The notes under the pieces were generated by a model, which saw only the letters and a list, made by a program, of their open reading frames with translations, was not told the origin of the DNA and did no database searches. Shown here piece after piece: positions 29,792 through 39,057 of a stretch of DNA of 64,000 nucleotides. Origin of the DNA: Actinomycetes bacterium (GTDB lineage Bacteria; Actinomycetota; Thermoleophilia; Solirubrobacterales; Solirubrobacteraceae); contig JAKAED010000001.1 of the NCBI GenBank assembly GCA_021820105.1, positions 11,534-75,533 on the forward strand. Direction: 5' to 3'. Made by a program: the position numbers and the translations under genes. Within the stretch, counting starts at the first letter, position 1; the number at the start of each line of letters is the position of its first letter.

Positions 29792-30801
29792 ACGCGCGCG
29801 ATATGCCGCTCCCCTTCAAGAAGACAAACCGCCCGACGCTCGATCGGATGTTCGAGACGCGCAGCGAGGCCTGGGCAGCAGCTGGACTCGAGGCCGAGGT
29901 CAATAAGCACGTGGCTGAGAGCTCCCTGAAGCGGCTTCCAGTTGAGGTGCTGCTCCTGATCGGCGTTGTGTGGGCTGACGCCAGGGCACGCAGCCACTTC
30001 ACCGACCTGGCGGTCAATCCGAGCCACTACCCGCACGGCAACACCTGGCCGGTCCAGGAGACGCCGATCACGATCGCCGCCGTGTTCCTGGTTCTGGGTC
30101 TGGGATGGCTGACCTCGCGTGACCTTTCGCGCGTGGCGCCCGCGGTCTTCCGGCGCATGGATCCGGCCACGGCCGGCACCGTTGAGTTCCTGATCCGGTT
30201 CGTGGCGGTCGCGGCAACGTTGCTCGGGGCACTCGCGGTGGCCGGCATCTCATTGCAGGCGCTGGCAGTCGGCGGCGCGTTCACAGCGGTGGTGATGGGC
30301 CTTGCAGCGCAGCAGACGCTCGGAAATCTGTTCGCCGGCATGGTGCTGCTGAGCGCCCGGCCGTTCCGGCTCGGCGAGCGTGTGCGCCTCCAAGCAGGAG
30401 CCCTCGCGGGCGGAACTGATGGTGTCGTGGCCTCACTCGGGCTGCTCTACACCACCCTCAGCCGCGGCGAGGAGCGCATCATGATTCCGAACAACCTGGT
30501 GCTCTCATCGGCGATCGTGCCGCTGCGCGAGCCGGAACCGGTCGACGTCCGGGTGACGCTCGGCTCGGGCATCCGTCCCAGTCACGTGCAGGCGATGCTC
30601 GACTCCAATGTCGCGACGCCCACTCGCAAGGCTCCCAGCGTGCTGCTGGAGGAGATCAACGGCAACTCGGTGGTGGTGCGCGTGCGCGCGACACCGGAGC
30701 GCCACTCCGACGGCGCGCGTCTGGCAGACGAGATAATCGCCGCACTCGTCACGGTCACGGGAGAACACTCCTCCCTGGACGCCAGTGGTCCGGGAGGCTG
30801 A
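29788..30801 (+). CDS. Small-conductance mechanosensitive channel (MscS family)
   Basis: GLAAQQTLGNLFAG, PFRLGERV, IPN; start uncertain. Confidence 0.85.
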   Translation: MNARDMPLPFKKTNRPTLDRMFETRSEAWAAAGLEAEVNKHVAESSLKRLPVEVLLLIGVVWADARARSHFTDLAVNPSHYPHGNTWPVQETPITIAAVFLVLGLGWLTSRDLSRVAPAVFRRMDPATAGTVEFLIRFVAVAATLLGALAVAGISLQALAVGGAFTAVVMGLAAQQTLGNLFAGMVLLSARPFRLGERVRLQAGALAGGTDGVVASLGLLYTTLSRGEERIMIPNNLVLSSAIVPLREPEPVDVRVTLGSGIRPSHVQAMLDSNVATPTRKAPSVLLEEINGNSVVVRVRATPERHSDGARLADEIIAALVTVTGEHSSLDASGPGG

Positions 30802-30838
30802 CCTTGGTCGAGCAGCGACACTCCTGGTGAGGGCCGGC

Positions 30839-31639
30839 TCAGTGCTCAGGCCGCTTTGGGCGCTGCCGGTCTGACACGGTCCGCGCCAGCGCGGCGCCGC
30901 CCATCAGCCGCTGCACACGTGCTGCCAACTCCGGCGCCACCGCCGCGATACTGGCGCCCACCCGCATCCCCACCGGCGCGACCGAGAGCTCCGCTCGGTC
31001 ACGTTCGATGGCGACCACAACCGCCGCGGCCACCTCCTCCGGCGAGCTTGTGCCGACACCGCGCGGGAGCGTCACGCCGGTGTCGGCGAACATCCCAGCC
31101 TCGCGGATGAAGCCGGGCAGAACCACCGACACACCAACTCCCGAGCTGCGCAGATCAGCACGCGCGGCGTGGGCAAAGCCCCGCAGACCGAATTTGGTGG
31201 CGCTGTAGATCGCTGTTGCTGGAGCAGCGGCCTTGCCGGAGAGGGAGGAGATGAGCACGATGTGCCCGCGGCCGCGGGCCACCATGTTCGGCGCCACAGC
31301 GCGGGCGAGTTCGATCGGTGCGCGCAGGTTCACGTCGAGCATGGTGTCGATCTGAGTTTGTTCAAGCTCGAGTAGGTGGCCCGAGGCGGGCAGTGCGGCG
31401 TTTGCGATGAGGACATCCGCGTCGCCGGCGGCTTCAATCAGCCGCGCGACGTCACCGCGCTTGGAGAGATCAGCCACCAGGGCCTCTGCGCCCAGTTCGC
31501 CGGCCAGCTGCTCCAGCGCCTGAAGCCGCCTGCCGGTGAGCTTCAGGCTCGCGCCACGCGCGTGCAGTGCTCGGGCGATCGCGACGCCGATCCCGCCTGA
31601 TGCGCCAGTCAGCAGGACGTTCGCGCCCTCCAGCTTCAC
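30839..31639 (-). CDS. Short-chain dehydrogenase/reductase
   Basis: TGASGGIG, NAA, YSATK; GTG start at 31639. Confidence 0.9.
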   Translation of the reverse strand: MKLEGANVLLTGASGGIGVAIARALHARGASLKLTGRRLQALEQLAGELGAEALVADLSKRGDVARLIEAAGDADVLIANAALPASGHLLELEQTQIDTMLDVNLRAPIELARAVAPNMVARGRGHIVLISSLSGKAAAPATAIYSATKFGLRGFAHAARADLRSSGVGVSVVLPGFIREAGMFADTGVTLPRGVGTSSPEEVAAAVVVAIERDRAELSVAPVGMRVGASIAAVAPELAARVQRLMGGAALARTVSDRQRPKRPEH

Positions 31640-31692
31640 GGTTGGTCCACCACAACGCAGAGCATCGATCTGGGGCACTATACTGCGCGTCG

Positions 31693-32604
31693 ATGCCGTC
31701 CAAAGATCTGATCGCGCTGTTTGGACCGACCGCCGTCGGCAAGACCGAGGTGGCGCTGGCGCTGGCGCGCCTGCTCAGAGGTGCCGGCGAGGATCCGGTC
31801 GCCGTATCGGCCGATGCACTTCAGGTCTATGCCGGGCTGGAGATCCTGACCGGCGCGGCCACAGCTCAGCAGCGCACTCAGTTGGAGCATCGACTCGTCT
31901 CCTTTCTACCCGTGGATGCTGAGTTCAGCGCTGGTCAGTACGCCGAGCTGGCGCACAGTGAGATCGATGCGCTGCTGGCCGACCACCGCCGTCCGATCGT
32001 CGTGGGCGGAACCGGGCTCTACCTGCGGGCAGCACTTGCCGACCTCTCCCTGCGGCCACCGCCGCGGGCCGGTGTGCGCGAGCGCTGGCAGGAGGAGTTG
32101 CAAAGGGTCGGCCCTGAGGCGCTGCACGCGGTCCTGGTCGCGCGCGCGCCATGGGCCGCGGAGCAGATCGCTCCCACTGACAGTCACCGGATTCTCCGAG
32201 CGCTGGAGCTCGACGATGCCGGTGACCTCGAACCGCACGCCGGAGAGTCGGAGTTGTGGACCGGGACCATGCGCGTTCCGACGCTCCTGGTCGGGCTCAC
32301 CGCCGAACGTGAGCGGCTCTACGGGCAGATTGACGCCCGCGTCGAAGCGATGTTGGCGGCCGGTGTCGAGGATGAGGTGCGCGCTGCCAATGCCGCGGGT
32401 GCGAGTCGGACCGCGCGCAAGGCACTGGGATTTCAGGATCTGCTCAGCGGCGATGTCGAGGCCATGAAGCGCCGCACACGCAACTATGCCCGCCGGCAGC
32501 TGACCTGGATGCGGAAGTTGCACGGCATCCTGCACATTGACGTGACGGACAGGTCCGCCCAGAGCGTCGCTGAGGAGATCCACACGCACTGGCAGCGCGG
32601 ATGA
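31693..32604 (+). CDS. miaA: tRNA dimethylallyltransferase
   Basis: GPTAVGKT, SADALQVY, VGGTGLY, YARRQLTW. Confidence 0.95.
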   Translation: MPSKDLIALFGPTAVGKTEVALALARLLRGAGEDPVAVSADALQVYAGLEILTGAATAQQRTQLEHRLVSFLPVDAEFSAGQYAELAHSEIDALLADHRRPIVVGGTGLYLRAALADLSLRPPPRAGVRERWQEELQRVGPEALHAVLVARAPWAAEQIAPTDSHRILRALELDDAGDLEPHAGESELWTGTMRVPTLLVGLTAERERLYGQIDARVEAMLAAGVEDEVRAANAAGASRTARKALGFQDLLSGDVEAMKRRTRNYARRQLTWMRKLHGILHIDVTDRSAQSVAEEIHTHWQRG

Positions 32605-32650
32605 GCTCCGCTCGCCGCAATCCTCTAAGCGATCATCTACGCTCCGCGCC

Positions 32651-33499
32651 GTGAATTTCGAGAAGTGGCAAGCCCTCGGCAACGACTACCTGATCATCAC
32701 CGCAGACGCGCTTGAGATCGAGCTGACCCCCGCCCGTATCCGCAAGATCTGCGCCCCGCATTTTGGACTGTCGGCGGATGGGATCCTGCTGCTCTCACCT
32801 CCATCGGAGCCGGGCTTTGTGGCAGCGATGCGGATCTTCAACCCTGACGGCTCAGAGGCTGAGCTCTCAGGGAATGGCGCGCGTGAAGCGATCCTGTACC
32901 TGCGGCGCCACTGGACCGACAAGAACCACTTCTCGATCCAGACGCTGGCGGGGGAGATCAGAGCAAATATCACCTCCGCAAGCACCTGCACGGTGGACAT
33001 GGGTCGAGCCCAGCTGACCAGCTCAGACTTCCCGACAGGCACCTCCGAAGGCAGCGGCGAACTTGATGCGGGTGGTCGGACCTGGTCCTTCCAGCACGTA
33101 CAGGTCGGCAACCCGCAGTGTTCGATCCGGATGGGCAGCGAGGCGGAGTTGCGGGCGCTTGACCTCCCCGCAATCGGCCCGGAGATCGAGCATCATCGCC
33201 TCTTCCCTCACCGGACGAACGTGTCCTGGTACACGGTCACGGACCACGATCGCATCCGCGCGCGGATCTTTGAGCGCGGGGTGGGGGAGACGTCGGCAAG
33301 CGGCACCGGCGCAACCGGCGCCGCCATCGCGCACGTTCTAAACGGAGGCGACTCACCGGTCACGGTGGTGCTAGATGGCGGCGAACTGGTGGTCGAAGTC
33401 GGTGAGGACCTTCATGTGAATCTGACCGGATGGGCGGTCCCCGTCATGCGCGGGACGATCGCTGATGAGCTGATGGAGGAGTTGCGTGCGACCGAGTAG
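32651..33499 (+). CDS. dapF: Diaminopimelate epimerase, Ser/Ser active-site variant
   Basis: KWQALGNDY, ADGIL, FNPDGSEAELSGNG, VGNP, TNV, ERGVGETSASGTGA; position between miaA and hflX. Confidence 0.9.
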   Translation: MNFEKWQALGNDYLIITADALEIELTPARIRKICAPHFGLSADGILLLSPPSEPGFVAAMRIFNPDGSEAELSGNGAREAILYLRRHWTDKNHFSIQTLAGEIRANITSASTCTVDMGRAQLTSSDFPTGTSEGSGELDAGGRTWSFQHVQVGNPQCSIRMGSEAELRALDLPAIGPEIEHHRLFPHRTNVSWYTVTDHDRIRARIFERGVGETSASGTGATGAAIAHVLNGGDSPVTVVLDGGELVVEVGEDLHVNLTGWAVPVMRGTIADELMEELRATE

Positions 33500-34646
33500 C
33501 CGTCTCGAAAAGATCCCCCCGTACCTGTTTGCCGAGCTGGAGCGCAAGATCGCGGAGAAACGGGCGGCCGGGATTGATGTCATCAGCCTCGGTATCGGTG
33601 ACCCCGATACACCGACCTACCCGGCGATCGTGGAGGCCGCACAGGCGGCCGTGGCCGATCCAAGCACCCACCAATATCCAAGCAACCGTGGCCGGCAGGA
33701 CTTCCGCGAAGCGGTTGCCGAGTTCTACCAGCGACGCTTTGGCGTGACCCTGGACCCGGAGACGGAGGTGATGCCGGCGATCGGAGCCAAGGAGTGCATC
33801 TTCAACCTCAACCTTGCGTTTCTGGACCCAGGTGACCTGGCGCTCGCGAGTGATCCCGGCTATCCCGTCTACACCGGCGGTCCCCTGCTCGCGGGTGCGG
33901 AAGCTGAGCTGATGCCCCTGATCCCGGAGCTTGGTTTCGCACCCGACCTCAGCGCTCTGAGTGCGGACGTCCTCCGCCGCGCGCGCCTGATGTTCTTCAA
34001 CTATCCAAACAACCCGACGGGAGCCGTCGTGCCCGAGGGTTTCTTCCAGCGAGTGGTCGAACTGGCCGGTGCACATGACTTCCTGGCCGTTCACGACAAC
34101 GCCTACAGCGAGACCACCTACGACGGCTATGTGGCGCCATCGTTCCTGGCCACCCCCGGGGCGAAGGAGATCGGTGTCGAGGTGTTCTCCTTGTCGAAGG
34201 GCTACAACATGACCGGCTGGCGCTGCGCGGCCATTGTCGGCAACGCTGAGGCGATCGCCCAGTACTGGCGGCTGAAGTCCAACATCGACTCGGGTCTGTT
34301 CGAGGCTGTCCAGCGAGCCGGCATTGCAGCCCTGCAACCTGCTGTTGATGCGGATGTGCGGGCGATGAATGAGGTCTACGCGCGCAGGCGTGACCTGGTG
34401 TGTGATGCGCTTGCACAGGCGGGGGTGGAGGTCACACGACCAAAGGGGACCATTTACATCTGGGCACCGATCCCAGCCGGGTTCGCCAACTCCGCCGCCT
34501 ATTGCGAGCATGTCCTGGAGCACGCGGCCGTGGTCATCTCGCCAGGAGGCGCCTATGGCCGCAGCGGCGAGGGTTTCTTCAGGATCTCTCTCACCACCCC
34601 TGACGAACGGCTGCTCGAAGCCGTGGCGCGTCTGCGGGCGCTCTGA
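33486..34646 (+). CDS. dapL: LL-diaminopimelate aminotransferase (class I PLP)
   Basis: PPYLFA..., SLGIGDPD, NYPNNPTG, DNAYSE, SLSKGYNMTGWR; coupled to dapF. Confidence 0.8.
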   Translation: MRPSSRLEKIPPYLFAELERKIAEKRAAGIDVISLGIGDPDTPTYPAIVEAAQAAVADPSTHQYPSNRGRQDFREAVAEFYQRRFGVTLDPETEVMPAIGAKECIFNLNLAFLDPGDLALASDPGYPVYTGGPLLAGAEAELMPLIPELGFAPDLSALSADVLRRARLMFFNYPNNPTGAVVPEGFFQRVVELAGAHDFLAVHDNAYSETTYDGYVAPSFLATPGAKEIGVEVFSLSKGYNMTGWRCAAIVGNAEAIAQYWRLKSNIDSGLFEAVQRAGIAALQPAVDADVRAMNEVYARRRDLVCDALAQAGVEVTRPKGTIYIWAPIPAGFANSAAYCEHVLEHAAVVISPGGAYGRSGEGFFRISLTTPDERLLEAVARLRAL

Positions 34647-34699
34647 GAGGCAGCGGCACCAGCGCCTGCAACCGCGGCGGGGGTTGTAATGTCGATCCC

Positions 34700-35995
34700 A
34701 TGGCTGCGCCACACACAACCGAACGCCAGGCCCGCGCCCGTCAGCGCGCCTTCATGATCGCGGCGCTGCCAGCCGGCGGTCTGGAGCAGCTTCACGAGCT
34801 GGGTGAGCTGCTGCGTACAGCGGGCGTGGCCACGGTTGGTGCCAGCATCCAGCACCGCGACCAGCCTCACCCGAACACCTACATCGGGCCCGGCAAGCTC
34901 GAAGAGCTCAAGGACGAGATCAAGCGTGCTGACGCAAACGTCGTCGCCTGCGATGACGAGCTCTCACCCCGTCAGGAGCGCAACCTCGAGGCGGCGCTGG
35001 GCGTTCCGGTTGTCGACCGCACGGCGGTGATCTTGGACATCTTTGCCGCTCACGCACATACCGCGGAGGGCAAGTTGCAGGTGGAGTTGGCTCAACTGCA
35101 GTACAACCTGGCCCGCATGCGAGGTCTCTGGACGCACCTTGAGCGCCTCGGCGGCGGAGTTGGGACCAGGGGACCCGGCGAGACCCAGATTGAGACCGAC
35201 CGGCGGCTGGCGCGCGACCGGATCTCATCACTCAAGCGCAAGCTGTCCCATGTGCGGTCGAACCGCACGATCATGCGAGCCGAGCGTGAACGGGCACATC
35301 TGCCTCAGATCGCCCTGGCCGGTTACACCAATGCCGGCAAGTCGACGCTGCTGAACGCTCTCACCGGAGCTGACGTGGGAGTGCGCGACCGCCTGTTCCA
35401 CACGCTGGATCCCACCACCCGCGTCCTGCGCGCCGGCGGGCGTGACTACCTGTTGACGGACACCGTTGGCTTCATCAGCAAGCTCCCACATCAGCTGGTG
35501 GAGGCCTTTGGCGCGACCCTCGAGGAGACGCGACTGGCGGACCTGATCCTTCACGTCGTTGATGGTTCAGCGCCGGAGGAGGAGCGGTTGACGATGATTC
35601 GATCTGTTGAGGACGTGTTGGATGAGATCGGCGCGGCCGAGGTGCCGCGCCTGCTGGTCACCGGCAAAGTCGACCGCCTGGACGCGGCAGGTCGTGAGGA
35701 GCTCAGCCACCGCCATCCTGAGGCGATCCAGATCTCAGCACTGACTGGTGAAGGCCTGGCCGCGCTCACGGAAGCGATCGAGCAGGAGTTCTCGCGGCGT
35801 CTGCGGTTGGTGGAGTTGCTGATCCCCTACAGCGAGGGCTCGCGGCTGGCCGAGTTGCACGCGCTTGCGGGAGACCTGCAGCGGGAGGTCACCGCGGAGG
35901 GCGTGCGCGTCCAGGTCCGGCTGCCCGCGGCCGCGGCCGACCGCTTTGAGCGATTCGCGGTGCCGCCCACAAGGTCCGTGGCGCGCGTGGCGTGA
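34700..35995 (+). CDS. hflX: GTPase HflX
   Basis: EGKLQVELAQ, GPGETQIETDRR, GYTNAGKST, DTVGFI. Confidence 0.96.
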   Translation: MAAPHTTERQARARQRAFMIAALPAGGLEQLHELGELLRTAGVATVGASIQHRDQPHPNTYIGPGKLEELKDEIKRADANVVACDDELSPRQERNLEAALGVPVVDRTAVILDIFAAHAHTAEGKLQVELAQLQYNLARMRGLWTHLERLGGGVGTRGPGETQIETDRRLARDRISSLKRKLSHVRSNRTIMRAERERAHLPQIALAGYTNAGKSTLLNALTGADVGVRDRLFHTLDPTTRVLRAGGRDYLLTDTVGFISKLPHQLVEAFGATLEETRLADLILHVVDGSAPEEERLTMIRSVEDVLDEIGAAEVPRLLVTGKVDRLDAAGREELSHRHPEAIQISALTGEGLAALTEAIEQEFSRRLRLVELLIPYSEGSRLAELHALAGDLQREVTAEGVRVQVRLPAAAADRFERFAVPPTRSVARVA

Positions 35996-36450
35996 GCGCG
36001 GCGCTTCCACCACTCAGGGTTCGCCGACTCAACGCATCGGCGATTCTGCCGGTCCGAGCACACCTGCATGACGCTGGTCTTGATCTGCACGCCTCCGAGG
36101 CGGTGAGGCTCGCTCCCGGATCACGTGCCAGCGTCGGCACGGGCGTCGCGGTGGAGATTCCAGCGGGGCACGCCGGACTGGTGCTTCCCCGCTCAGGGCT
36201 CGCCGCTCGCCACGGGATAACCCTTGTGAACGCACCAGGTCTGATTGACGCGGGGTACCGAGGCGAACTGCGGGTTCTGCTGCTCAACACCGACCGCGAG
36301 GAGGAGTTCCTGATCGCGCCGGGCGACAGGATCGCTCAACTGGTGCTGACCGCCATCACGACGGCGGCTGTTGTGGAGGTGGAGGAGCTTGAAGAGAGCG
36401 AGCGAGGCACCGGCGGATTCGGATCCAGTGGTGGATTCGGGCCCCAGTGA
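35992..36450 (+). CDS. dut: dUTP diphosphatase
   Basis: DAGLDL, PRSG, GLIDAGYRGE, RIAQL, RGTGGFGSSG. Confidence 0.96.
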   Translation: MSAALPPLRVRRLNASAILPVRAHLHDAGLDLHASEAVRLAPGSRASVGTGVAVEIPAGHAGLVLPRSGLAARHGITLVNAPGLIDAGYRGELRVLLLNTDREEEFLIAPGDRIAQLVLTAITTAAVVEVEELEESERGTGGFGSSGGFGPQ

Positions 36451-37587
36451 TCAGCCCGAGCCAAAGACCGTGGTGTTGGAGTGGAAGGCATTGGTGGCGG
36501 TCTGAGTGGTGACGGTGGTGGTTGACGGCACCGGGGCGTAGCGAGCCGGCGGGAGGACGCCGTTGCCCTCAAGGAACTGCCGTGCGATCTCCTCTGGCGG
36601 ACGACCGAGCAGGTACTCGGCGTTCAGGCCGCGAACTGCCCGGAGGGTCAACAGCGCGTCCACACGGTTGAGTGTGCGCCTGAACGCCGGCCCCTCCGCC
36701 CTCAGCACAGCCGGAGTGGTGACTGGAACCACGTTCCCGAAGCCGAACACATGCTTGGGGTCGGTGAGCAGGCGGTACTTTGGGCCGGTCAATTCAGGGT
36801 CGGTCGTATTGGCCCACGCGACCTGGATGTCGCCGGAGTCCAGCCGCCCATATTGGGCGCCGGCCGTCATCCCGCGCACAAACGGGCGCAGGTGGTAGGC
36901 CTCCTCCAGTTCGGGGAGACTCGCGGCTGAGCTCGCCTGGAAGGTGGTGGGCCAGCCGAGCGCCAGCTTCGGGCCATGCCTCAGATCAGCAATGGAGTGC
37001 AGGTGGTTGAGTCGTGCGTACTCAGAGGTGACCGCCAGCGCGGAGGTGTCACTGAACGGCGTGGGTTTGAGCAGGACGAGTCCCTGTCTGCGGGCGTACC
37101 GTTTCCCGGCTGCAAACGCGGCCCTGGTGCTGGCAAAGCCACGGCTGAGACCGGCCACCGAGCTGTCCCAGGCGTTGAGGTATTCCGGGTAGACATCCAG
37201 GCTGCCGGTGGAGAGACCGGTCAGGCGCACAGCGGGCTCGCCGATGTTTGTGCTCAGCCTCACGGTGTAGCCCTGTTGCTCGAGCGCGAGCCGGTAGAGC
37301 TGGCCGATGATGAACTGCTCGGGCCAGTTGCCGTCACCGACGATGATCGTCGGTGCGCCCGCGTGGGGGGATGGCTTCGCCGTGGTTGACGCGCTCACGG
37401 TGGTGACAACTGGTTGGGTTGCGGTCGCCTGCGTGCGATCCGCGGTCCTGCTGACTCTGACCCCGGCGCCGCAGCCGGCAAGCAGGCCACTCACGAGCGC
37501 TACCAGCGCGGCGATGGCAAGCCAGTAGCGAGCGCGAGGCGCGCGACGCAACTCCGGGGCGCCGTCTGGTCGTTCTGGGTTGCGCAT
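36451..37587 (-). CDS. Glycine betaine/OpuAC-OsmF-type substrate-binding lipoprotein (orphan)
   Basis: Lipobox LLAGC, EQFIIGQLY..LE..GY, DVYPEY, TTDPEL, LTDPK; start may be GTG 37602. Confidence 0.75.
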   Translation of the reverse strand: MRNPERPDGAPELRRAPRARYWLAIAALVALVSGLLAGCGAGVRVSRTADRTQATATQPVVTTVSASTTAKPSPHAGAPTIIVGDGNWPEQFIIGQLYRLALEQQGYTVRLSTNIGEPAVRLTGLSTGSLDVYPEYLNAWDSSVAGLSRGFASTRAAFAAGKRYARRQGLVLLKPTPFSDTSALAVTSEYARLNHLHSIADLRHGPKLALGWPTTFQASSAASLPELEEAYHLRPFVRGMTAGAQYGRLDSGDIQVAWANTTDPELTGPKYRLLTDPKHVFGFGNVVPVTTPAVLRAEGPAFRRTLNRVDALLTLRAVRGLNAEYLLGRPPEEIARQFLEGNGVLPPARYAPVPSTTTVTTQTATNAFHSNTTVFGSG

Positions 37588-37598
37588 CGGGCTGGTCC

Positions 37599-38333
37599 TC
37601 ACACGCCGGCGGCTCGGCGCGCGTCCGCATGAGCCTGGTCCTCAAGGGCGTCCTCGAGCGGGGGCAACGCGATCCCGCCCAGTGCCGTGGAGATCAGCCA
37701 GTCAGCGAACCAGGCGTTCTTAGGCAGCAGCGGGCCATGCAGGTACGTACCGAGCACGCTTCCCGAGAAGGCGCCCTCGCGCTGGTCGGCGCCGTTGTTG
37801 CCGTGGCCTCGCAGGACCCGTCCCAAGGGTGCTGCACCGGGCCCGATATGGGTACGCCCGGCGTGGTTCTCGAAACCGGCAAGGACCTGGTCTGACGCGC
37901 CCGGCAGGTCCACGGTGATGGCTACGTTGCCAATCAGCCTGGGACCATCCGAGCGGACGGTGCGCACATCCAGCAGCCCCACGCCTGGGAGCTCCGCATC
38001 CCCCACCTGGTAGGCGTGACCCAAGAGCTGGTAGCCACCGCACACGCCGAAGATCACCGCGCCCCGCTGCGCCGCGGCGGCGAGCGCTGAACGTTTGTGC
38101 TCGACCAGGTCGGACGCGCAGAGCTCCTGATCACGATCCTGTCCGCCGCCCATGTAATACAGGTCGGCTGCGTCAGCATCAAGCTCCTCACCAATGCCAA
38201 CGCCGTTGAGCTCAAACCCGATCCCGCGCCACTCACATCGCCGCTGCAGCATCAGCAGGTTGCCGCGGTCCGCGTAGATGTTCATCAGGTCGGGATAGAG
38301 CGCGCACACGCGCAGTGGGCCGGCGTCAGACAC
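37599..38333 (-). CDS. gatD: Lipid II isoglutaminyl synthase, glutaminase subunit
   Basis: YPDLMNIYADRGN, GGGQDRDQ, VCGGYQLLG, GFENH, TYLHGPLLPKN. Confidence 0.92.
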   Translation of the reverse strand: MSDAGPLRVCALYPDLMNIYADRGNLLMLQRRCEWRGIGFELNGVGIGEELDADAADLYYMGGGQDRDQELCASDLVEHKRSALAAAAQRGAVIFGVCGGYQLLGHAYQVGDAELPGVGLLDVRTVRSDGPRLIGNVAITVDLPGASDQVLAGFENHAGRTHIGPGAAPLGRVLRGHGNNGADQREGAFSGSVLGTYLHGPLLPKNAWFADWLISTALGGIALPPLEDALEDQAHADARRAAGV

Positions 38334-39057
38334 CGAAGATCACAACCTCGCTGGCGATGTGCTCGTCGGTGGGAGGGATGCGCAAGACGTCAACCGGTCT
38401 GAGTCCGGCGTCGCGCCCATTCTGCTGCAGCTGTGAGACGGTGAGCACATCCAGTGCGATGCGGTCATCACTCAGTACGCGCGCTCCGTCGGGATCCACG
38501 ATCTCACGTCGCCGCTCAAGCACAAAGGTGTCGCCCTGGCGCTGGACGGCGGTCGGCTGGCTGAAGTAGGCGCGGCCGGCGATCTCCGCGATGTCAGGCA
38601 GTGGCGAGGGATCTCCCTCCTGCCAGCGGAACTCTTCAAAGTCATCAATCGGCGCGATTGAGACCGCTAGCTGACCGCGGGGCGACAGGTGCTCAAGGGC
38701 GCAGCTCAGGAACGCGAGCCTACCCGCGGCACCACCCAGCAGTTGAACCGTCTGCATCGGGACCAGGATGAGGTTGAAGGAGCGGCCTGCGAGGTCGAAG
38801 TCGCGCGCGTCTGCTTGCACCGTCTCAACCCGCAGACCGGCGGCTCGCCGCTGCAGTTCTTCAAGCAGTTCCGGATCACGGTCCAGCGCCACGACCGCGT
38901 GACCCGCGCGCGCCAGTGACAACGTCACACGACCTGTGCCGGCACCCACGTCGAGAACCGGTGTCCCGGAGGCCTGGCGGTCTGCAAGTTCCCCCCACAG
39001 TTGCAGGTCGCGGGTGTAGTGGCCGCACTCAAGGTCGTGCCAGATCACGCCCGTCAT
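38326..39057 (-). CDS. Class I SAM-dependent methyltransferase
   Basis: VLDVGAGTGR, ALD, ADARDF; overlaps murT stop and gatD start. Confidence 0.88.
   Translation of the reverse strand: MTGVIWHDLECGHYTRDLQLWGELADRQASGTPVLDVGAGTGRVTLSLARAGHAVVALDRDPELLEELQRRAAGLRVETVQADARDFDLAGRSFNLILVPMQTVQLLGGAAGRLAFLSCALEHLSPRGQLAVSIAPIDDFEEFRWQEGDPSPLPDIAEIAGRAYFSQPTAVQRQGDTFVLERRREIVDPDGARVLSDDRIALDVLTVSQLQQNGRDAGLRPVDVLRIPPTDEHIASEVVIFGV

Noticed and set aside
33444-34718. Long antisense ORFs opposite dapL (also opposite ftsK 20529-21689, recA 25331-26143, MFS 59285-60619 and HAD/SRAP 41710-42822)
   Set aside because: Codon-mirror shadow ORFs with no recognisable family, RBS or promoter.
37599-38333. 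Glutamine amidotransferase as cobalamin CobQ/CobB
   Set aside because: Linkage to murT and GatD-type motifs indicate lipid II amidation.
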